From: Mantamonas sphyraenae STR306
Taxonomy: Eukaryota > Protista > CRuMs
Length of the DNA: 64,000 nucleotides
NCBI GenBank assembly: GCA_026936335.1
Contig: JAPMXV010000059.1
Location: 124,001-188,000, forward strand
Direction of reading: 5' to 3'
Both the position numbers and the translations under genes were made by a program. This document shows positions 55,142-64,000 of this stretch, in pieces (position 1 is the stretch's first letter; every line of letters begins with the position of its first letter). The notes beneath the pieces were generated by a model. It ran no database searches. It saw only the letters and a list, made by a program, of their open reading frames with translations, and was not told the DNA's origin.

Positions 55142-57183
55142 TCATGCAAGTGTGGTGAGGGGACTGGCGTCTCGTGTGGAGGATCCAGATGCAGAGTCGA
55201 TGGGAGAGCTGGAGCCACTCTTGCGCTTGGCCATCTTTGCACGGGAGGACTTTGTGGTCCACTTGGCCTGGACAATGGTGTCTGCGTTGGTCACCATGTA
55301 CGTAATCTCGCCATGCTCCACATCGAGACCCGACTCTTCGACGGCACGGCTGACACGAAGGCCGACGAGGGAGCGGATGGCCAGAAAGATGGCTGTGCTG
55401 AGGCAAAACGACCACACGCCAATGCAGAGAATGGCCACCAGCTGGCAGGCAAACAGAGCGCCTGTGCCACCGGTGAGAAGGCCTGCGTCGAGAGTGTCTG
55501 GTGCACGCCCCAACATCTGGGAGAGCAGGTCGCGGTCTGCAAACAGGCCCGTGCAAAACAAGCCCCACAATCCAGCGGCACCGTGCACAGCAGCCGCCTC
55601 GAGAGGGTCGTCGACGTGCAAGCGGTGGAGAATGAGGTAGGCAGCGGCGTAGTAAACGGGTGCAGAGGTGAAGCCTGTGAGTGCAGCAGCCCAGGGGCGG
55701 ACCACACCGCACCCGCTGCAGATGGAGACAAGGCCAACCAGGAGGCCGTTCATCATGACCAGGAGGTTGAGTTTGCGCTCAAAGTAGACGGAACAGAGCA
55801 TGGCGGCCACAGTGCCGGTCATGGCACTGACAGTGGTGTTGAGGATGGACGTGGCCACCACCTTGTAGTCCTGCGAGTACGACACAATGGAGCCGTTGAA
55901 GCCGTAAAAGCCAAACCATAGAATAAACGTGCCCAGGGAGGAAAGCACCACCGAATGGCCGTGGATGGGTTTGGGACGTCCGTTGGCGTCGAAGCGGCCC
56001 GTTCGAGGACGCACCAGGTAGGCGCCGACCAGAGCCGCCACACCGCCGTTCATATGCACAGCTGGACGCGATGGACCGAGAGATGACGAGCAAACGACAA
56101 GCGAGCGCACGTGTGTGAGGGGTCAAGATGGCTCATGGGGATGGAAGGGTGTGGCGCAAGCAAACGGGGCATAAAGGTCGGGCTTCGGAGCAAAACCTAC
56201 CTCCGGAACCGGCGTAGTCCAGGGCGCCCGATCCAAAGAGGGGGTTGACGTTGAGGGGGCTGAGCCACCCAAATGGGCTCCAGAGCCCTGTGAGTACCCA
56301 GATTGCGTGTATGTGGCATGAGTGAGTGAGTGAGTGAGCGAGTGTGCGGGAAAATAGACGGCAAAGGAGCGGCGGGAAAACGAACAGTGGGAGACGACGG
56401 GATAGACAAAGCCTGTGATGGCCATTGTGTACACAAAGTAGGCTTCGAAGCGAGTGCGCTCGGCCATCGCGCCGGAAATGATGGTGGTAGAAGTGATGGA
56501 GAAGGCGTATTGAAATAGAAACTGAAAGTTGTGGGAGGAAGGAAAGTCGGCGAGGAAGTACCAGCCCGAACCGATGAAGCCATTGGAGTCTGGCCCAAAT
56601 GCAAACGCATAGCCACAGGCCCAGTAGACGAGGAAGCCCAGGGTGGCATCTCCCAGGTTCTGAGTGGGCACGTGGCGAGCGGGATGGGCGTGCGCAGAGG
56701 GTGCCGGGGTGAGCTTCGCAGAGATTTTTGTGGCGGCTGTGTGGAAAAACACACCAGCAGCTGTGGTTGCCCCCCCCCCGGTCTGTTCTCACCTTGACAA
56801 GGATATTCTGTGCATTTTTGGATCGGACGTAGCCGACCTCGAGCATCGCGAATCCACATTGCATGACTGGGTGGAAAGGCGGTGTGTGTGTCAGGGTTGG
56901 AAAGAGCATGGAGGCATCGAGACGTCCAGAGAAAACGCGTGCTGGGACACGCTGCGGACACTTACAGAGGATTTCTGCGAAACATAGGAGACCCCACATG
57001 GAGTCGATTGCCTCTGTACGCACATAGCCGTTCAGTGTCTGCAGAGACACAGGAACGGTGGCGTTGGAGGACCTGCACCGGGGGCGGTAGAAAGTCAGCA
57101 CCCGTCACAAGGGAATAGTGCAATCGTAGGGGTTCCGATAACAGAGGAACTGCCAAAATGAGCAGGGGCAGGGACACACTCAT
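55142..57183 (-). CDS. Ammonium transporter (Amt), multi-exon; start uncertain
   Basis: MQCGFAMLEVGYVRSKN, FQYAF..IISGAMAERT, LDYAGSG, VHMNGG, LWFGFYGFN, DDPLEAAAVHG. Confidence 0.92.
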
Positions 57184-57256
57184 CCACTCACATCGCGCAA
57201 GGTTGTGCTGTTGGAAATGCTGGCGCAGACACCGCCAACCGAAGACCTGCACGACC

Positions 57257-58763
57257 ATGGGCAACGTGTGCAGCACAAACAGCGATGCTGCAACGGAAAA
57301 GAGCCGTTTGCTGGACAAGAAACTGGCGGACGATTTTGCGACTTCATCCAAGGTTTTCAAGCTGTTGCTGCTGGGTGAGTGGGTGCTGTGTGCTTGCAAG
57401 CGAGAGAGCAGGAGGAGCGGGAGAGGGCCCGTTCTGACACCACCACACCACACGCACGGTTACTGGGGATGTTGTGCTATCGTGGCTTGTGCCACACATA
57501 TATACGCAGGGGCTGGCGAGTCGGGCAAGTCGACGGTGGCGAAACAGATGCGCATCCTGTACCTGGACGGGTTCCGGGACGACGAACGGGAGATGTACAA
57601 AGACATTGTGTTCTCCAACACGATCCAGTCGATGCGAGTGTTGGCAAAGGCCACCTCCAAACTAGGCATCGAGGCAGACGATAGCAGCGTGGAGGAATTC
57701 ATCGAAGTGCTTCAGACGACGCCGTCGTACCCGGAAAACTTCACCTCCGAGTTGGTGGAGATGATGAAGGCGCTGTGGGCGAGCAAGGCCATCCGCAGTG
57801 CGTATGACCAACGCAACACATTCCAGCTGAACGACTCGGCAGACTAGTGAGTTGATACGCTGTCCTGTCCTTTTCCCGGAGGGTTTGCCGCGCGGGTGTG
57901 GCACAGTCGTGCAAGGGAGTCCACGCAACCCAGCAGCTGGCGAGTTTGCTCACACGCCTCATCACCACAGTTATTTCGACCGCCTGGACATGATTTCAGC
58001 CAACGATTACACGCCGACCGACCAGGACATTTTGAGGTCACGCGTCAAGACGACAGGCATTGTCGAGATTGAGTTTGAGTTTGAAAAGACCAAGTTCTGG
58101 TGGGTTGAAAACGGGGGGGGTCGTGGCGAGAGAGAATTCTCGACGGTGGAAACGAGCACACACGCGCTGACACACAAGAGATGATGGGACACACCATGGA
58201 CGTGCGCACACACACTCTCTCTCACACACATGCCTCTTCGTACCCATGCTGATCTTGTGTTGTCCACCGGCAGCATGATGGACGTGGGAGGGCAGCGCAA
58301 CGAACGCAAAAAGTGGATCCACTGCTTCGAAGGCGTGACGGCGCTCATTTTCTGTGTGTCGCTTGTGGGCTATGACCAGGTGCTGCGAGAGGACGAGAGC
58401 GTGAATCGCATGGACGAAGCGTTGATTCTGTTTGACGAGGTGGTCAATTCGCGTTGGTTCAAGGACTCGTCGATCATCCTCTTCCTCAACAAGCTGGACC
58501 TGTTCAAGGAGAAGCTCAAGACTGCGCCGCTGAGGCTTCACTTTGAAGACTACGCCCAGGGGCCTTCTGCGCCTGCGGACGACGCCGTGGACCCTGCTGT
58601 GGACTACATCCAGCAGCAGTTCATGTCCAAGGCCAAGTCGCCCGAGATGAAGATCTACCCGCATCGCACGTGTGCCACCGACACCTCCAACATCAAGTTT
58701 GTGTTTGTGGCTGTGCGTGACATGGTGCTTGAGAACAACTTGCACCGCTCAGGATTCCAGTGA
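57257..58763 (+). CDS. Heterotrimeric G protein alpha subunit, four exons
   Basis: MGNVC, KLLLL|[40 protein letters not shown]. Confidence 0.96.
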
Positions 58764-58823
58764 GCACCCGTCGAGCATGCTGGACGGGAAGTGGCCCGTC
58801 GGTGCGGCCAAGCGAGACCCTGG

Positions 58824-61440
58824 ATGAGTGGTGGTGGCAAGCGCAATTACGAAGACGCCGGCTTTGGCTACGGGGGGTTTGATGGGTACGTAATGTGTGT
58901 GTGGGACGTGTGCGTGGCGCGGGTGTGGTGCGGTGTGGGTGCCGCAGCCAGCGGAAAGAGGATAAATGGAAAGCGCGCGGCAGCGTTTTGGCAGCCCACA
59001 ACGGTTGGAGGAGGCAAAGGACAGGGTGCAAGCGCATGAGAGGGGCACAGACACGCCCATAACCACATGGACACATCGGCGAGACTCGGGTGTGGGTGCC
59101 CGAGCGCTGGCAGCAGCCAACGTTGGAGGGCTTTTTCGCTCCTTACTGGACACGCGCTGACACCGACAGGGCGCACACCTCTCTGCTTCCCACGACGTCG
59201 CATACACCTGGTGGGGCAACGCACACCTATCCACCCACCCACACACTTCCACCGATGTGCATGCGTGTGTGATATGCGCGTTCGTGGTATGGTGGACACA
59301 TGGTGGACACAGAAACAAGCGGCAACGCGCCGACGACTCGCTGTACAACGCGAACAGCAATCCGTACGCGGCGTTTGGCCAGGGCATGGGCCAGCAGGGA
59401 GGGTATGGAATGCAGGGGATGGGACAAATGGGCATGCAGCAGGGATTCCAACAGCCCATGGGCATGATGAACCAGGGCAACATGTCATACGGAGGAGGAG
59501 GCGGCGGGGCGAACAACTACATGCAGAGCCAGCAAGCCGCGTACGCTTCATCCATGGGCGGAGGCGGTTCATATGGACAGAGCGCGTCGTCTTCATCGTC
59601 TTCATCGTCGATGGGCCGATCCAGCACAGCAGCAGCAGGCAACCAGTACGTGCCGCCGTCGCCCGTGTTGCACCTGCGCAACGTTAGCGCGCAAACACCA
59701 CCCGAGGCGCTGTATCAGCTGCTGGGTTCGTTTGGACGCGTGGTGTTTGCCAAGATCCTGTTCAAGGGCAACCAGGCGTTGGTGGAGATGGACAGTGTGG
59801 AGAGTGCGTCGCGTGCGATGGACTACGCACAGTCGAACCCGCTCTCGCTCATGGGCCGCGACGTGTACATCAACTATTCGCGCTCGCAGAGCATCAATCG
59901 CAAGACGAATGACAGCAACAGCACGGCGGGGGCGGCCCACACGGTGCATCAGGGAGAGAACACGGTGCACTGTCGCATCCTCAACGCGCGCGTGCCTGTC
60001 GACGTCGACACCATGCACACCATCTTCCACACCTTTGGCTTCATCAATCGCATTGTGGTGTTTGAAAAGAGCGGCATGCAGGCGCTGGTGGAGTTTGCCG
60101 ATCCGCAGTCTGCTGCAGCCGCCCTGACGGCGCTCGACGGAAAGGACATCTACGACGGGTGCAACACCCTCAGCTTGCGCTTCTCACCCAGCACCCGGCT
60201 GACAGTCAAAGCCAACAACACGCACACGTGGGATTACACCAATCCCAACCTGGGCAGCGGAGGAGGAGGAGGCGGTGGCGGTGGCATGGACTCGTGGGGA
60301 GGCAACGCAGGCTACGGCTACGGCGCATCGCCAGGGATGGGCGGCGGAGCGGCCGGTGGTGGAATGGGAGGATACGGAGGGGGCATGGGCGGTATGGGAG
60401 GTATGGGCGGCATGGGAGGCATGGGCGGAATGGGTGGAGGAATGGGAGGAATGGGTGGAATGGGTGGAGGAATGGGTGGAGGAATGGGCCACAGCAACAG
60501 CAACGGGACTGGTGGAGGGAGTGGCGCAGGCGGATCGCTGCATCCGAATGACCAGTGTGTGCTGATCATGTACGACATGGACAGGACAAAGATTACGGCG
60601 GAGGTGCTGTTCAACCTGTGCTGCGTGTACGGCAACGTGGTACGCGTCAAGTTGCTGATCCCGAAGGAGGAGGAGGAGGCAGCAGCCACGTCGTCGCACA
60701 TCCTGCGTGCCATGGTGCAAATGGAGACGGCAGAGGCGGTGAACCAGATTGTGGAGTTGCTGAAGGACACCCCGCTGTTTGGCGTCCCCCTGTCGCTGTC
60801 CACCTCGAAGCATGCGAGCGTATCCACACGCAAGCCCAAGCTCGAGGTGGACAACTTGCTGGGCCCCGTGCTGGTCGAGTACAGCGGAAGCCCTCTGAAC
60901 CGCTTCAGCGAACAGCCACATCCGGGAGGCTACAACCCGCCCTCGGTGGTGCTGCAATTTGAGAATGCCCCTGGCAACTGGTCTGATGATGCCGTACAGC
61001 AGCTTCTGGCCGCTCGCGGTGCGCCTGCAGCCGAGCTTGTGCAATTGATGGGTGTGGACGGACAGGGTCATGCACAGGGCATGGTCCAGTTTGCCTCCCT
61101 CGACGCAGCCGTCCAGGCCTTGTGCCTCTGCAACAACGCAGACGTCGACGGTCAGATTGTACGTCTGTACTTTTCGCAAACCACCAGCCTCACTGGTGGC
61201 AGCAGCAGCAGCAGCCAGCAGGAGCATGAGAACAACGACGACGACAAGGCCCAGGACGCCGATGGTGATCAAGACGACGATGCTGATGATGGCAACGATG
61301 CAGGCGATGACAATGCCAACGACGGTGGTGACGACGAGGACGATGACGAGGACCCAGAAGAGGAGGAAGAGGAAGAAGAGGAAGAAGATGCCGGCGACGG
61401 CGACGACAACGACGACGACGACGACGACTACAAGGAGTGA
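58824..61440 (+). CDS. hnRNP-L/PTB-like protein with four RRMs, Gly/Met-rich linker and acidic tail
   Basis: PPSPVLHLRNV..NQALVEM..YINYSRSQ; RIVVFEKSGMQALVEF..DIYDGCNTL; LFNLCCVYGNVVRVK; NPPSVVLQFENAP. Confidence 0.88.
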
Positions 61441-61468
61441 TGTGGCCGAATCAATGGAATCCACACGT

Positions 61469-61984
61469 TCAAATACCATCCAACAATGCCTCACTCGCAT
61501 CCTTGCCAAGCAGACGGTCGACCCAAACGTACACGTCTTGCTTGAGGTGGGAGAAACTGAGCTCGTCTTCACCGGCCGTTTGTTCCCGTACATCGGCAGT
61601 GGACGTCGCGTGGCCCTCGTCCATGTGGATATTGGCTGAACGCAACTTGATTTCCAGCGCATGCAGCTCGTCCATGTCCTGCAGCTGCTCGCCCGACGCG
61701 GCGTACACCGCAAGCAGCGTGTTGACCACCCCCTGCAGCTTGCCGATGCGCATACCCGCCCGTGCAGCCGGGACATATGCACGGTCAAATGCTTCTTGCA
61801 AATGAGCCTCTTCCGAAGTCTCGTATCCGTACTGGTAGCCCACGGTAGCCATTTTCCGTGCCAGGACTTCCATTTCGCGTTCGCGGGCCTCTGCGTCGTC
61901 GCTCAATTTCGCACCCCCCTCCGTCTCTGTGTCCTCCTCAAGACCCCACGGATCATCTGCGCCGTCGGTTTCAACAACGCTCAT
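61469..61984 (-). CDS. Yae1-like protein
   Basis: DDPWG..EREMEVL..GYQYGYETSEEAHLQEAFDRAY..GMRIGKLQG. Confidence 0.65.
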   Translation of the reverse strand: MSVVETDGADDPWGLEEDTETEGGAKLSDDAEAREREMEVLARKMATVGYQYGYETSEEAHLQEAFDRAYVPAARAGMRIGKLQGVVNTLLAVYAASGEQLQDMDELHALEIKLRSANIHMDEGHATSTADVREQTAGEDELSFSHLKQDVYVWVDRLLGKDASEALLDGI

Positions 61985-61999
61985 GGACAACTTTGGCGT

Positions 62000-64000
62000 C
62001 TATTGCGAAGTCAGCAGAGGCGTGGTTGGGTTGGGTTCTCCGGCGACGTTCTGCATGCGAAGGGATTCCTCGGTAGGCTCGCGCATGCGTCGGCACACCA
62101 TGGGCATGTCATTCTTCATCCACAGACTGACATGGTGCTTGAGCTGGATCATGGCCAGTGCATCTGCCGACTTGGAGGTGGTGCCTATCAGCTTGGGCAG
62201 CACACCTCCCAGCACCAGCAACACACTCTGGGACACAGTCGACCACACATTGCCTCCCTTGAACATCTGTACGCTGTAAAAGACAATCATGGCCACCAAC
62301 GCAATGCACGGCAGGACCACAAACATGTGCACCGCAAAGGTGTACCGCGGGTCGATTTGCAGGTGATCCAGAAGTACAAAGAACTCCAGCCACGTCATGT
62401 CCACACGGCTGCGTGTGGCATCGAAGCCCAGCGCACGTTGGACCATCATGTCGTTCACGTTCAGGCTCTCCTTGCGGTGGCGTCCCCGCCTATGCGAACG
62501 CCCGTGGTGCATGTGGTGATGATACACATGATGCGAATGCCGCCTCCTCAGCGACTCTTTGTCCAATCCACGTGCCTCGGCCACGCTGCGTGGGCCCTTG
62601 TCTGTTCCTGACGACGACGACGACCTCCCAGCGGCGGACGCTTCTTCGTCGCCGATGTCTGTGGGTTTGCGCTTGCCCTGCTGCGGCCCGTCTGACTCCT
62701 CCTCGCCAGTGTTCTGTTCATCTTCATCTTCGTCCATGTCCACCATGCCCTCGGTGACGCCTTCTTCGTCTTCGTCGTCGTCAAAGTCGTGCTCCATCAG
62801 CCGTTTTTCGTCCTTTTCCATCTTGTCAAACACTTGCATGACCACCAACTTGGTGGCCATGACTGGGCCAGTCATGGTGCTCCACAGGGTGAGAAAGTTG
62901 ACGAATATGGCCACGAGCAGAGCAATCATTGTCGACAGCTCGCTAATGTTGACCGTAATACCGATGAGCACAAATACAAACACATTGGTGACCTTGTACA
63001 TGCTCAAGTACGAGTAGTACGCCAAGGTAAGCAGCCAGATGCCACTGTAGAGCGAAAACAAAAACACACACCCACGCCAAACCGGGTGCGACGACGCAAT
63101 ATCTTCCTCCACATGAGCAAAGTATGCCTCGGCATCCTCAATGGACCGATAGTTGCGCGAACTGAGGCTCGGACGGCCGGGTCGGAGGTATGCGGATGAA
63201 GATGTGGAGGAGATCGAGTCTGTCGAGGCGGTGGAAATTGAACCGTACTCGGCCTCGAGGTCGGTACTGCTCTGTCCGACGGGTGTTTGCATATCGGCGG
63301 CCATTTTGGAGCTCATGCGATCGCGCATCTTCTTGCCCATCATGCCCTTGGTGATGACCACGTCGCGGATGCCGCCGGTGGCACGCGTGACGGCCTTGTC
63401 CAGGGTGCGCAAGTCGCTCACGCCACCGTAGCGAAAGAGAATGTTGATGAGACGAAAGGGAAGAAAGAGATAGGGGAGCAGGGGCACGTAGGAGACGATG
63501 GAAGAACGGCTAAAGAGCTCAGCGTAGCACCGCCTGCGGGCGCAGTCGTAGACGACGTAGTTTGTGCGCAGGAGGATGCGTGTAAAGGCAGCAGAGCATA
63601 CCAGGGAGAAACAGAAGAGGACCAACTTGATGGCAAAGACGACCGGGTTGGCCACAAGCTTGTCGCCAAAGTCGGCTGCATCCTCCACTTGAATGGTTTG
63701 CACCGCGCTGAAGTAGCTAAAGGTGTCCACGCCCTGGTGGACGAGCAACACCGTCTGCAGGACAACCATGACGATTTTGACGCGGAGCAGATAGAACGAG
63801 TCGCTCTCAAGCATGCTGTGGGTGCCCCTGCGGAACAGAAGCTCCAGAAAGGGCAGATAGCCGTTCTTGAGCATGCCGAAGCGCAGATTGTCCCTTCCGG
63901 CACGCTTGTCCACCTCTGCAGCCAAAAGGATGAAAAAGATGAGCCCCACAAGCCAGGATACGATGCTGAGGCTGGTGCGGAAGTTTTCGATTGCTTTCGA
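62000..64000 (-). CDS. Multi-pass membrane protein of unknown function, 5' end beyond the window
   Basis: Open frame of at least 649 aa with several TM clusters, running to the right edge. Confidence 0.65.
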   Translation of the reverse strand, partial: SKAIENFRTSLSIVSWLVGLIFFILLAAEVDKRAGRDNLRFGMLKNGYLPFLELLFRRGTHSMLESDSFYLLRVKIVMVVLQTVLLVHQGVDTFSYFSAVQTIQVEDAADFGDKLVANPVVFAIKLVLFCFSLVCSAAFTRILLRTNYVVYDCARRRCYAELFSRSSIVSYVPLLPYLFLPFRLINILFRYGGVSDLRTLDKAVTRATGGIRDVVITKGMMGKKMRDRMSSKMAADMQTPVGQSSTDLEAEYGSISTASTDSISSTSSSAYLRPGRPSLSSRNYRSIEDAEAYFAHVEEDIASSHPVWRGCVFLFSLYSGIWLLTLAYYSYLSMYKVTNVFVFVLIGITVNISELSTMIALLVAIFVNFLTLWSTMTGPVMATKLVVMQVFDKMEKDEKRLMEHDFDDDEDEEGVTEGMVDMDEDEDEQNTGEEESDGPQQGKRKPTDIGDEEASAAGRSSSSSGTDKGPRSVAEARGLDKESLRRRHSHHVYHHHMHHGRSHRRGRHRKESLNVNDMMVQRALGFDATRSRVDMTWLEFFVLLDHLQIDPRYTFAVHMFVVLPCIALVAMIVFYSVQMFKGGNVWSTVSQSVLLVLGGVLPKLIGTTSKSADALAMIQLKHHVSLWMKNDMPMVCRRMREPTEESLRMQNVAGEPNPTTPLLTSQ

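Noticed and set aside
60340-60490. GGAATG/GGCATG repeats
   Set aside because: Encode an ordinary Gly/Met low-complexity linker in the RRM protein
1-64000. tRNA, rRNA or CRISPR arrays
   Set aside because: None recognised by eye; a covariance-model scan was not possible

Overview
This is a GC-rich, very gene-dense eukaryotic window with short GT-AG introns and CA/GT microsatellites; the gene content suggests a free-living protist, and the species cannot be determined from the sequence. About 25 host genes can be read: BUD20/ZNF593, a Tag-type glycosylase, a triple-PH protein, proteasome beta-2 (PSMB7), ethanolamine kinase, Ctf4/WDHD1, D-lactate dehydrogenase, SmF, an ankyrin protein, a wHTH+DEUBAD protein, a Myb/U-box protein, a PAS-cyclase, a GRAM protein, UPRT, CTL/SLC44, an ADCY10-like STAND protein, exportin-T, Amt, G-alpha, an hnRNP-L/PTB-like protein, Yae1 and several membrane proteins. 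The main discovery is an island of about 9 kb (c. 21.8-30.75 kb) between host genes. It carries (i) an intact DD34E IS630/Tc1-type transposase, (ii) a spacer with a decayed duplicated ORF and a perfect 38-bp palindrome, (iii) a three-exon gene for an ~1885-aa protein with a USP-type (peptidase C19) deubiquitinase-like domain at the N-terminus and a Fanzor/TnpB-type RuvC-Zn finger nuclease at the C-terminus, and (iv) five consecutive hairpins right after the stop codon, a candidate omegaRNA. The ORF track splits the USP domain, which only appears after manual splicing. A second oddity is a five-exon gene joining seven predicted TM helices, a longin-like domain, a circularly permuted Ras-like GTPase and a SPRY domain. 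All domain calls are by-eye motif recognition; no searches were run.
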